Origin: Nemertoderma westbladi
Lineage: Eukaryota > Animalia > Xenacoelomorpha
Assembly: GCA_032718475.1 (NCBI GenBank)
Contig: JAUCBJ010006301.1
Span: forward strand, 1 to 32,764
Length of the DNA: 32,764 bases
Direction: 5' to 3'
The notes under the pieces are model-generated. The model was not told the DNA's origin. It did not search any database and saw only the letters and a program-made list of their open reading frames with translations. Numbering within the stretch: the first letter of the stretch is position 1; every line of letters starts with the position of its first letter. Positions 1 to 10,513 of the stretch are shown here, one piece after another. The position numbers were made by a program, and so were the translations under genes.

Positions 1-575
1 CAGACTGATAGATGACGGACACCATCTTCATTTTAATATCAACTTGTGAATTGTATAGGCCCTACATCTGTACATATTGAGTTTTTTTATTTACATGTAA
101 TTGTTTATTGAGTTTTGCTTACTTAAATAAATGGCCCCTACAGCCCTAGTCTATGTCTATCTGTCTATACAGTCTATAGCGTTTTGTTTACTCTACATTA
201 ACATTCATACTGGCAGCTGCTGAACTGACTGGTCGTTTTATTGCTGTTTGTTTACTTCAATTGTTTATTGTATTTTATAGGCCTACTCTTTAATTTAATT
301 GTTTGAGTTTTGTAATATTTAATCGTTTACCGGTAGTGCCTTTTGTCCAAAAATGAAGGAAAAAACTGCTTGTGGGTACGGTAGGCCTACTACCAGACTA
401 CTGTATTACTTGAAACGTGATATTACCGCCTACTAGTACTATGTAGGCCCTACTACATGCTACGCTACAGTAGGCCTACTACGCCGACTCTGTCAGACAA
501 AACCCTGCTTCCATAATCAGATAATACACTAGAATTATAGGTATTATAAATAAATAGTATTAAAACTAGCTGACA

Positions 576-3500
576 ATGTATAGTGAATGGTGTAACGCTT
601 ATTCGAAAGAGACCTCTACTGACAACAAACCCGAATGCGTGTTGAATAGATTCCCAGAAGGTGCTGGTAAAGATGTTGTTCTTAGTATTGTGCCCTCCCT
701 ACTTCAACCGGATAAGATCGATTCAATATTGTCCACGGAACGGGACGTTGACTGGGTAATGGATGTTATTTGTTATGGCCTTAGCCTTCCTTTGGATGAA
801 ATTGAAGTTCTCAACACCTGTGTAGGTTTGTATGTAGGTTGGTTTTCGGCGTTGTCATCGCAATCACAACCCGGCAAATATATTCCTGCTATCATACTGC
901 AAGATCGCACCAAATACTCATTGATAATACTTAACCATTTCCAGAACATATTTTATCCCCGTATCCAGGGCAACGTGAATTTACAACTTCCACTTTGTCA
1001 AAATGTACTCACGACCATACAGAGAATTCCTTCAAACTCTAAACTCAAATGGGCTTGTGTTTTAGAATTCCTTCTAACTATCTGCGATGTGGTGTTGAGT
1101 CCACCATTCAATCCCGGTGATCTTGCTGAACATCTAAGCGACCATTTACTTTCAGTTTTGTTTGAAATATGGATGGTTGCCTGTTGCTATCAGTTCCCCC
1201 CGCCGATGTTATGGAAGGCGTTGAGAGACAAATGTATCTCTTGGAGACACCACGCTTCCCTGGTGGAACAATGGAACCGCGCCACATCAGCGCTCACATT
1301 CTCCGTCGTCAATCTAATAAACGGATCCGATTTCTGTCAAGTCAAAGTCGCCAAAGAGGATTTGATCATTGTCCCGAGCCCGACGGAATTAGTCGCAGAC
1401 CATTTGATGCAGACGTGGTACCGTTTACTTCACACTTTGGGTGACATCGTACATCTCAGCAACCCGCAGATTATCAGCCAAACCCAGAAGTTCCAGGAAT
1501 TCAATAAGAACCGGGACCAAAACAAAATCAATGACGTCACGCCGCCACCTCACCCCTGCCTCGATAAGCTTCCTGAAACCTTCCTCAAGGCCATCCAGGG
1601 CGTCTCTGTTCTCGTCGACGCCTTTATGGGTCTCCCCCGGGTTTTGTCCCCAACTGCCCAGATCGCAGTGACGCGGATCACTAACAACATACCCCCGTCT
1701 CCCCTCGCCAATCCCGGCGTATCCCCCCCTCTGGGGGGCCGCAAAGCAGCCAAAAGTATCAACTTCGGGAAGGGGGGCGGCAAATCATTGCTGCAATCTG
1801 CGACAACGCAGCCGCTCGCTCAGCAGACGGCCCCCGCCAAAGTGGAGACGACCGCACGGACAGCTACCCCCGTCGGCCTGTCTAACCAACGACCCTACAC
1901 CGCCAGTCTGCTCCATCTATTCGGCGAGTGGCTATTCGACGCGGCCCTCGTCAACCAACCTAAAGACAGAGATCTTCTTAAGGACGTCCAGGTAGTCGGT
2001 AAGATACCGCCTCGTCCGCAGTCTTTTTCCTCAGGGCAGTACAGCGCCAGTCAACTGGAGTTACTAGAGAAATCTACTAAACCCATACAGAGTACCGGTA
2101 GCGGAGTCACTAATAACAGCGGCCGTGCTGAGGCATGCGGGACAATATGTCGGATATTCTGTAAGAAACGGAACGACGATCGCGTTCTCGATTTGTACGT
2201 CTCCCGATTCTATCTGGTTCTAGCGGAAGGACTCCGCACGGACGAGCATTGCAGCATCGAGGTCCTCTGCTCTATACTCCTCAACGCCACTAACATAATG
2301 TCCATCGACCTCCAGGGCGTATCGGTAATCATCCCATCGATAATCTCCGCGGTCGACTACATCCTACCGAACGCGGAGTTGGCTACTCCCGGCGTCCCGA
2401 TCGCCGAACTCAGAGGCGCCTGCGTTCAGTTGCTCATCAGTCTCATCGGGTTTCCGCACCACTTCGGCCGACTTCCCATCCAGTCTCTGGTCTCCTTGAC
2501 GGACCCAGAAGGTGGTCTACTCGGTCCCGCCACCTTCCTGGATATTAAGGAGCGACTCTTCTGGGTTCTTCTCAAGGGTCTCGAGGTCGAAAATTCCTCT
2601 CACAATAACCACATGATGTTGGCGGGGTTGGCCTGTATTATTGAAGACTCCGCTGCTTTTATAGGCGACAAGATGGTCGAGATTGATCATGAGTGCGGCG
2701 AGGTTATGGCACCTGCGTCCCATTCCGACTCCGAGCCCCCTCTACAGCCCCCCAACTCCCACACTACTCCACAGGCTCCCTCAGCAAGTTCCCAACCCGT
2801 TCCCCATACTCCTAGCTCCCAAGACCCTGCTACCCAGCCTCCCATGCCCAACTCCAACGTCGCTCCCCAGGCCCCCATCTCCCACTCTACTCCCAGCTCC
2901 AATCCCGCTCCCAGCTCTCACCCCGCTCCCCAGGCCCCCATCTCCCACACTGTCACCTACACTATGTTCTGCCGGGCTACCCGTCTGGTCTCCCTCCGCC
3001 TCACCTCAGCCTGGATGACCGATCTCAACGTGTCGCTCGCTGCGCTCGAACTCCTCACCACCATGGCCAGCCTCCCCATCCACATCCCGGACATCCTCGA
3101 GTGTAAGCGGGCGGTAAAGTGGATCTGCGACTACATCACGAAGCAGTGCAACAAACCCGCCCGGACCCACAAACGGGAGTTGCACTCCATGATAGTGGCG
3201 GCCTACCACTGCCTCATTGCGTGGGTCTCCCACCACGGCGATATCCTGGACGACACCGAGTTCCTCCACTGCGTCCTGGAGGTCATCGAACTCGGGGTCA
3301 CCGGGACTCGTTCGCATGTGCGCGCCAGCGACGATCCCGTCTACAAGGGGAGTAAAGACCTTAAACCGGTGTCTAAGAGAGTGAGGGAGGTTGCGGAACT
3401 GTTGCTCGGGGTTATATGGAGTCGTGTTGGTTCCTTCCCTTCACTGGTTGGTTGCGAGTCAGTGTCTACGTTGTTAGACGAGCGTTCGTTACTAGGTTAC

Positions 3501-5291
3501 TCCAAGGGAGTCCAGTTGACTCCCTCCACTAACCTATTCTCTTATTACTCGATTAACAACTCGGTTATTGTCGGAGTTGTGGACCAGCCGTTGGGTAACT
3601 CGCAGGATCCGGGGCCGACCGCGGTGTTGGTGACCCGGTCCCCCGTCGGGCGGAACGCGTGGGCGACTCGGTTGGTTCAGCAGCCCCGAGCCCTCGACCA
3701 ATCCGCCGCGGAGGTCCCCCCAGTGGTCCCGAAGCGGCGGGACCTGTCGCCCCCCGTGGCGGACCAGCCCGTCGGCCCTCGGTCATCCGAGCGTAACCCG
3801 GAATCCCCGAACGACTCGAGTTCCGCCCGGTTCAGCATCCCCGACATCGACGAGTTGGCCGGACTCAATCCGGAAGAGTTCGGGAGGATGTCGGAGGTTC
3901 TCGCGTCGCAGATCGGGTTGGAGAGCGGCGGATGCGCCGACCACGAGTGTCGCCACTCGGAGGCTAAGAATCCGCCTCCTGCTCACGAGTTCAACCCCTC
4001 CCGGATGCTGTTCGCCCATCTGAACATCCTTCCGTTGAAACCCTCCGAGAACTCCTCGCCGCATCCTGATTACACCGGATTCCTCAAATTAGATTCCAAG
4101 AAAGTTCAGTTCCTCCAGGACTTGAAACTTCTCGACGAAATGCCGACGCGTTATATAAACACGGTGTTCGTGTTCTACGTCGGTGCGGGGCAGACCTGCG
4201 TCGCGGATATCCTGCGTAACGTCGAGAACCGCCGGAGCGTCTCCCCGGAGTTCCTCGCGTTCGTGTCGGATCTCGGGTGGCCGGTCGACATCGCGAACCA
4301 CCCCGGATGGACCGGATCGTTGAGCACCTCGTTCCGCAACCCGCCGTCGCCGGCGCACACGTTGCAACGAGAGACGCCCCCTGCGGGTAAACCCGTCGCC
4401 GTTCCCACCGAGTTCGCCGCCACCGGGGGCGCCGAGTTCGACGGGGACCGACGGATTCTCTACTTCGCGGACGAGACGAACGAGACCGCCTTTATTATTC
4501 CGAGTCTCGGAGTCGTGGAGGCGGAGACAACGAGCGGGGTGGCGAAAGGTTCCTCGGTGGACCTGGAAGATTGCGCGCGGGATCCCACCGAGGCCAAGAG
4601 ATTGAGCGTCATGGTGGATAACCTCGTTAGCGGGGCGCTGGACACACAGCTGAGTAGTCCTAGTGCGGCTCTAGATACGGTGTTCAATAGTCCGGTCGCT
4701 TTGGATACAGAAGAGGAAGGTCAGTCTGTTCGGGGTCCCGATGTAGGTAGTTCGGCTGAGTCATATAATTTTCACGCGTTTGAGTCCTCGGGTGAGGAAC
4801 TGTCTCAGACGGGGGTTGTGGAACGAAATTGCAGACACGCGGCCCCGTTGGTTAACATTGTTATACTCTGGGTGGAGAATTACGACGATATCGCGTCTGT
4901 TCCCGTCGACCGGCTCATTCGTCACTCGCAGAAGGGCGGGAGTAGGACTGCGATGCCTCCCAGCGTTATATGTCTGCATCCCTTGAATAATGGATTGTAT
5001 GGGGTCAATGTAGACAACCATTGGAATAGGGAAAGAGGAGTATCATATCCCGCAACCCCGTTAGCCAGCGGGATGGTTGTATCTGGTCGCCCATTGGCTA
5101 GGTTGGTGCGACAAACCGCTATAAATATGTGCTATCGTCGACGTCTATTGGACGACGACACCCACGTACAGCCCCACGTGCGCAGGAAACTTCGTATTCA
5201 GGGTATGATTAATAAATATAGTTGTTCTTTAGACGGCGCCGAATTCATTGGCTCTATGTTCACGTCACCTTTGGATTCGATGTCACTATAA
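576..5291 (+). CDS. RALGAPB: Ral GTPase-activating protein subunit beta (non-catalytic), single-exon CDS, 1571 aa
   Basis: Uninterrupted ORF. N-terminus MYSEW...VLNRFPEGAGKDVV, WVMDVICYGLSLPL, ELHSMIVAAYHCL, Rap/Ran-GAP-like region (VFVFYVGAGQ, EFLAFVSDLGWPVDI..HPGWTG) and C-terminal PHVRRKLRIQGMINKY match the RalGAPB family as I recall it. Confidence 0.93.
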   Translation: MYSEWCNAYSKETSTDNKPECVLNRFPEGAGKDVVLSIVPSLLQPDKIDSILSTERDVDWVMDVICYGLSLPLDEIEVLNTCVGLYVGWFSALSSQSQPGKYIPAIILQDRTKYSLIILNHFQNIFYPRIQGNVNLQLPLCQNVLTTIQRIPSNSKLKWACVLEFLLTICDVVLSPPFNPGDLAEHLSDHLLSVLFEIWMVACCYQFPPPMLWKALRDKCISWRHHASLVEQWNRATSALTFSVVNLINGSDFCQVKVAKEDLIIVPSPTELVADHLMQTWYRLLHTLGDIVHLSNPQIISQTQKFQEFNKNRDQNKINDVTPPPHPCLDKLPETFLKAIQGVSVLVDAFMGLPRVLSPTAQIAVTRITNNIPPSPLANPGVSPPLGGRKAAKSINFGKGGGKSLLQSATTQPLAQQTAPAKVETTARTATPVGLSNQRPYTASLLHLFGEWLFDAALVNQPKDRDLLKDVQVVGKIPPRPQSFSSGQYSASQLELLEKSTKPIQSTGSGVTNNSGRAEACGTICRIFCKKRNDDRVLDLYVSRFYLVLAEGLRTDEHCSIEVLCSILLNATNIMSIDLQGVSVIIPSIISAVDYILPNAELATPGVPIAELRGACVQLLISLIGFPHHFGRLPIQSLVSLTDPEGGLLGPATFLDIKERLFWVLLKGLEVENSSHNNHMMLAGLACIIEDSAAFIGDKMVEIDHECGEVMAPASHSDSEPPLQPPNSHTTPQAPSASSQPVPHTPSSQDPATQPPMPNSNVAPQAPISHSTPSSNPAPSSHPAPQAPISHTVTYTMFCRATRLVSLRLTSAWMTDLNVSLAALELLTTMASLPIHIPDILECKRAVKWICDYITKQCNKPARTHKRELHSMIVAAYHCLIAWVSHHGDILDDTEFLHCVLEVIELGVTGTRSHVRASDDPVYKGSKDLKPVSKRVREVAELLLGVIWSRVGSFPSLVGCESVSTLLDERSLLGYSKGVQLTPSTNLFSYYSINNSVIVGVVDQPLGNSQDPGPTAVLVTRSPVGRNAWATRLVQQPRALDQSAAEVPPVVPKRRDLSPPVADQPVGPRSSERNPESPNDSSSARFSIPDIDELAGLNPEEFGRMSEVLASQIGLESGGCADHECRHSEAKNPPPAHEFNPSRMLFAHLNILPLKPSENSSPHPDYTGFLKLDSKKVQFLQDLKLLDEMPTRYINTVFVFYVGAGQTCVADILRNVENRRSVSPEFLAFVSDLGWPVDIANHPGWTGSLSTSFRNPPSPAHTLQRETPPAGKPVAVPTEFAATGGAEFDGDRRILYFADETNETAFIIPSLGVVEAETTSGVAKGSSVDLEDCARDPTEAKRLSVMVDNLVSGALDTQLSSPSAALDTVFNSPVALDTEEEGQSVRGPDVGSSAESYNFHAFESSGEELSQTGVVERNCRHAAPLVNIVILWVENYDDIASVPVDRLIRHSQKGGSRTAMPPSVICLHPLNNGLYGVNVDNHWNRERGVSYPATPLASGMVVSGRPLARLVRQTAINMCYRRRLLDDDTHVQPHVRRKLRIQGMINKYSCSLDGAEFIGSMFTSPLDSMSL

Positions 5292-6156
5292 ATTATCTAT
5301 TTTTTTTTGAAGTCGACAAACTTTCTTAGTATATTTAAAATCATGTTTGATTTGCAATCCTTAAATATTGATTAAAAAATATTGAAAATTTAAATTGATT
5401 AATTAAATTTCTTATTTAATTTAACTATGTATTTATATTTCTTTCGGTTTCAATCTATAAGGAGATGATGGTAAGACATTTTCTAAATATAACCAATATA
5501 TGGAATTTTTAGTGGGGAGGGGGGGGGGGGGTTAAGCGGGTACCGTCTCCTTGTTATCCAAACAAATATGTTAATCTCTCCTCAAAGTTAAGGGATTCAT
5601 TTAATTGTCTTAAAATTGTAAAACAATTAGGCTTTAATTATATGTTGTAGGCGAGAATGATGCCCTTTATATTATTGGTGCATAATAATTATTAATGAAT
5701 TTATTTATATGGACTAATTAAAAATAGCTGTAATTGTAATTGTTAGTAGTTGATTTTTAATATGCGAGACACGATGTTATATAATAATGCTTTATGGATT
5801 AATATTAATTTCTTTATATACGTAATACCCCCCCCCCCCCCCCCCCCCCATGTTACAACAGGAAGTACAATATCATTTCGTATTATCTCGATGTTAAATA
5901 ACGGATTAGTGGGCTATATTGGAAAAAAAGTTTACAATAAACGCATTTAGTATCTGATCTTTCTATAAGATAGAATAAATAAGCATTGCAAAGAACTTAT
6001 TAAGGATAAATTTAAATAAATACATCAATTCATTCTTCATAAAATTTCGACCGGTAAAAACCTGGTATTCTTCATATGGGCGCAGATGCGGCTTCGTCCA
6101 CAAACACCAAAGCAAAGATATAATGGATTATTTTTGCAATATAATAATAGAGAGTA

Positions 6157-7674
6157 TTATAGTGAGCCCTAGTTCGTGTGCTGTTTGGTATGAGTTAGTT
6201 TCTTATAGTGAGCCCTAGTTCGTGTGCTGTTTGGTATGAGTTAGTTTCTTATAGTGAGCCCTAGTTCGTGTGCTGCTTGGTATGAGTTAGTTTCTTATAG
6301 TGAGCCCTAGTTCGTGTGCTGCTTGGTATGAGTTAGTTTCTTATAGTGAGCCCTAGTTCGTGTGCTGTTTGGTATGAGTTAGTTTCTTATAGTGAGCCCT
6401 AGTTCGTGTGCTGCTTGGTATGAGTTAGTTTCTTATAGTGAGCCCTAGTTCGTGTGCTGCTTGGTATGAGTTAGTTTCTTATAGTGAGCCCTAGTTCGTG
6501 TGCTGCTTGGTATGAGTTAGTTTCTTATAGTGAGCCCTAGTTCGTGTGTTGTTTGATGTGAGTTAGTTTCTTATAGTGAGCCCTAGTTCGTGTGCTGTTT
6601 GGTATGAGTTAGTTTCTTATAGTGAGCCCTAGTTCGTGTGTTGTTTGGTGTGAGTTAGTATCTTATAGTGAGCCCTAGTTCGTGTGCTGTTTGGTATGAG
6701 TTAGTTTCTTATAGTGAGCCCTAGTTCGTGTGCTGCTTGGTATGAGTTAGTTTCTTATAGTGAGCCCTAGTTCGTGTGCTGCTTGGTATGAGTTAGTTTC
6801 TTATAGTGAGCCCTAGCTCGTGTGCTGCTTGGTATGAGTTAGTTTCTTATAGTGAGCCCTAGTTCGTGTGCTGCTTGGTATGAGTTAGTTTCTTATAGTG
6901 AGCCCTAGTTCGTGTGCTGCTTGGTATGAGTTAGTTTCTTATAGTGAGCCCTAGTTCGTGTGCTGCTTGGTATGAGTTAGTTTCTTATAGTGAGCCCTAG
7001 TTCGTGTGCTGCTTGGTATGAGTTAGTTTCTTATAGTGAGCCCTAGTTCGTGTGCTGTTTGGTATGAGTTAGTTTCTTATAGTGAGCCCTAGTTCGTGTG
7101 TTGCTTGGTATGAGTTAGTTTCTTATAGTGAGCCCTAGTTCGTGTGCTGCTTGGTATGAGTTAGTTTCTTATAGTGAGCCCTAGTTCGTGTGCTGCTTGG
7201 TATGAGTTAGTTTCTTATAGTGAGCCCTAGTTCGTGTGCTGCTTGGTATGAGTTAGTTTCTTATAGTGAGCCCTAGTTCGTGTGCTGCTTGGTATGAGTT
7301 AGTTTCTTATAGTGAGCCCTAGTTCGTGCGCTGCTTGGTAAGAGTTAGTTTCTTATAGTGAGCCCTAGTTCGTGTGCTGCTTGGTATGAGTTAGTTTCTT
7401 ATAGTGAGCCCTAGTTCGTGTGCTGCTTGGTATGAGTTAGTTTCTTATAGTGAGCCCTAGTTCGTGTGCTGCTTGGTATGAGTTAGTTTCTTATAGTGAG
7501 CCCTAGTTCGTGTGCTGCTTGGTGTGAGTTAGTTTCTTATAGTGAGCCCTAGTTCGTGTGCTGCTTGGTATGAGTTAGTTTCTTATAGTGAGCCCTAGTT
7601 CGTGTGCTGCTTGGTATGAGTTAGTTTATTATAGTGAGCCCTAGTTCGTGTGCTGCTTGGTATGAGTTAGTTTC
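6157..7674. repeat. 46-bp tandem array, 33 copies, overlapping the last codons and stop of the RJL gene
   Basis: Unit ttatagtgagccctagttcgtgtgctgcttggtatgagttagtttc; agtgag recurs at 6161, 6207 ... 7633 (32 x 46). Occasional C/T variants. No spacers. Confidence 0.98.
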
Positions 7675-7832
7675 ATTTTTCGTTTCAAGGCTAAACTTAT
7701 CCCATGAACTATTGATTCAGTTACCCCATCATCTTTCAACGTTGAGACATCAAATAATATTAGACCTTTAGTAAAACACCAATTTTGTATTTCCTCTAAG
7801 TTAACAAGCCATTCGGATTGCGGTCTATCATT
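7641..7832 (-). CDS. RJL-family (DNAJC27/RBJ-like) small GTPase, exon 3 (last)
   Basis: Acceptor tattgcag ends at 7833; splicing completes the G4 motif NK|ND; G5-like DVST; TAG stop at 7641-7643. Confidence 0.85.
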   Translation of the reverse strand, partial: NDRPQSEWLVNLEEIQNWCFTKGLILFDVSTLKDDGVTESIVHGISLALKRKMKLTHTKQHTN

Positions 7833-7953
7833 CTGCAATAGATATTAAATTGAATTTGAGAAAAAAAATAAAAAAATATTTGAAGATCATTGTTATTCCG
7901 AGTCAGTAGAACAACAGCGGACGTTATTTATTATGTTTCATTTATATGCAAAC

Positions 7954-8150
7954 CTTATTGACTATCACCATAGTAACTGGTGTCTCATTGCAGTATCGAG
8001 TAAACTCCAGCAACCACATATCTAAATCCTTGAAACTTCCTCTGTCTGTAACGTCACAGACAAGTACTAGAAGGTCGGTGTTGTCGTAAAGTTCGTTACG
8101 TACTTCCAGATATTCCGGGCCTCCGGACATATCCCAAATGTTGAGACGAA
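7954..8150 (-). CDS. RJL-family small GTPase, exon 2
   Basis: Acceptor tttcag ends at 8151, donor gtttgc at 7953; encodes VRLNIWDMSGGPEYLEVRNELY (G3 DxxG without Gln; EVRNE[F/L]Y is typical of RJL/DNAJC27) and DVTDRGSFKDLDMWL. Confidence 0.88.
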
Positions 8151-8244
8151 CTGAAATATATAGGATATACTGATATACAATATTTTGAAATATTCTTCCA
8201 TAATATTCCCAACTCGCCCCACTTGTATCTAGCCTATTCCTTTA

Positions 8245-9077
8245 TTATGTAATGTAATGTAATTGCACTCCAAATAATTGCACCGACAAATAAAATAATT
8301 AATTATTTAAAATTAATTTTAATGACATACATATTCACAAAATGCAATTGAATCAGACCTTTAATTAAACAATTATATGTATGGAGGGAGAAGATAACCC
8401 AGGCAATGTTGCACTTACGAGCGTATCTCTATTGGAATTAAGTAAAAATATTGCAAACTAAAAAAATAAAATGGTAAAACACGGTCAGTCATTATGAACA
8501 GAGAAAATATAAAAAAAAAATAAAAATCAAATCAAAATACGAGGCGGGGTAAAATGTGTGCATATTTAAACAAAATGACACAAGTGACTAAAATCAATAT
8601 GACGTATATGGCAATTAAAAATATACAAATTACGTGCATTAACGGCATCTGAGGGCAAGGAATTCCACACGGATACTATACGGCTGGCAAAACGATTGCT
8701 GACAACGACTAGCCTGCTAGGCTGAGCAAACAGTTTCCTGTTATGGCCTCGCAAACCTTGCCGTTGCACATGCGAGAAAAAATCGTTAAAATGAAGGTCA
8801 ATGTTATTGTGACAAATATTATAAACCATACGGATATCAAAAATAATTCGCCTAACTTCTAATGGTTGGAGTTTCAAGTGTATTAATCTATTAGAGTAAC
8901 TGTTATCTATGTGTGTTAACTGACATCTTGAAAACAATCGTCTGGTGAAATATCGTTGGACGCGCTCAACCAATTTTATATTAAAAATTTGGTGAGGAGA
9001 CCAAACCACAGTACAATACTCTAACAGTGGGCGAACATACGCCTTATAAGCCGTAATAAGTACATTGACATTAGAAG
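8245..9077 (-). mobile_element. 5'-truncated CR1/L2-group non-LTR retrotransposon fragment in RJL intron 1
   Basis: Minus-strand frame AYKAYVRPLLEYCTVVWSPHQ...VERVQRYFTRR...LRGHNRKL...RIVSVWNSLP (post-RT C-terminus of CR1-group ORF2), stop at 8566, then 3' UTR and possible (TTACA)n tail near 8248-8262. Boundaries approximate. Confidence 0.82.
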
Positions 9078-9251
9078 TTTTGAGTTTGAGTTTTGAGTTT
9101 ATTATAAACTCAGTTGCCGTCTATAATGTTACAATTCGAGTGGGTTTTCTTCAATAATATTCCTAACTCCCGTTTAGTGTTTTGGTTACCCTATCCGTAT
9201 ACATAACCTATTCATTTGTTTATTTATTATAATGTACGGTTGAATACTAAC

Positions 9252-9432
9252 CAGAATTATCGTTAATGTCCTCTACTTTGAATCCGTAGTCGGCACCAAT
9301 TGTTGGTCGATATTTCGCGTCAAAATTTCCACCACAAAACGATTTTATCATAGAAGTTTTCCCGGATTTCTTGTTTCCCAGAAATACAAGTTTCAACCAG
9401 ATCAGACTATTTACTATAACATCGGTGTTCAT
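9252..9432 (-). CDS. RJL-family small GTPase, exon 1
   Basis: ATG at 9432; KLVFLGNKKSGKTS (P-loop), YRPTIGADYGFK (switch I); donor GTTAGT at 9251, phase 1. Exons 181+197+192 = 570 nt, an intact 189-aa protein. Confidence 0.86.
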
Positions 9433-9985
9433 TTTCTACGGATTTATAGTATAGTATAAATTAATATTTTATAAAAATTAATATAGATCTGAATATTAAT
9501 TAAATTTTGATATAGCAAATTTAGAAAACAATTCAACAGCATAATGTTGCCGCAATAACATTCATACAATATTATAATATTTACTTGTTTTGTGTGGGTA
9601 ACAAGGAATGAAGAGGGTTGTTTGGGGTATGCCAAACTACAACTATATTGTAGGCTAAATGTTTATGTTAAATAGTGCCAGGTTCCCTCTTGTCCTGTAG
9701 ATGTACTATTACATAAGGGGAGTTACTCAACATTATAATCTACCTATTCCTTAGGTACGGTGATAATTGGCTATAGAGTTGGGGGCCACAGGATGCTACA
9801 CAGCACTGGGTATTTTAGTGGAGTACAGTATATTATAGTGAAAAAAAACATTTAATTTAATGGAATGGGCAATTGTTTTAGTGACCAATAAAATTTATGA
9901 GAATTACAATAACATTTATGAGAATTATTAGTTCCTTTGAAAATATGTATATTATTCAAATTGGAAATATCAGCTGTTGCTGTGT

Positions 9986-9998
9986 GTTGCTATGCAAC
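9986..9998. promoter_or_regulatory. RFX X-box-like motif in the RJL/BBS9 divergent promoter
   Basis: GTTGCTATGCAAC (GTTGC/GCAAC arms), about 0.5 kb from both start codons; BBS genes are established RFX targets. Confidence 0.6.
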
Positions 9999-10513
9999 CA
10001 TAACCAAACAACCGAATGCCACACTACCGCAGAATAGCGAGTAGGGTACCGCACCGCAGTGTACCTACTGCAGTTTTAGACGGTTGCAGGATTAGAGTAG
10101 CAATAAGGCCTACTAGGGTACCTACTAAACTAACCTACAGGCAGACAGGGCACAATGGTACAGCACAGACTGCAGAACTGTTCCAGTTCCATAGATAGAA
10201 TACACCGTAATGCGATACTTTATGTACCGGTAGTGCGGAAGTCTACTGTAGGCCTACTGTATATGATAATGTTTGCCACATGTGCCACCTGGCTCTGGCA
10301 CCTGGTGGAGTCATGCATGCTTAACAAGTGACAGAGTGACAAGACCTAAGCCACCCCAATTAAGAATAGGCCCAGTCTGTCAGTTATCGGTCTTTACGTC
10401 AGTACGTGTACCGGTACATTATGGCAGTTTAGGATTGGTACCGATACTTAATTCCAATAACAGGCTCGCTAGGCTACACTACATCAATAATACCAGATAG
10501 AGATAATACCAAT

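Noticed and set aside
1169-5021. Short overlapping and antisense ORFs inside RALGAPB (similar ones in BBS9, HYLS1, CEP43 and the TIR gene)
   Set aside because: Expected shadows of GC-rich coding sequence; no recognisable domains.
5514-5849. Poly-G and poly-C tracts (also 18430-18454) and ORF 5750-5950
   Set aside because: Simple homopolymers; flanks give no convincing inverted repeat; the poly-Pro ORF is incidental.
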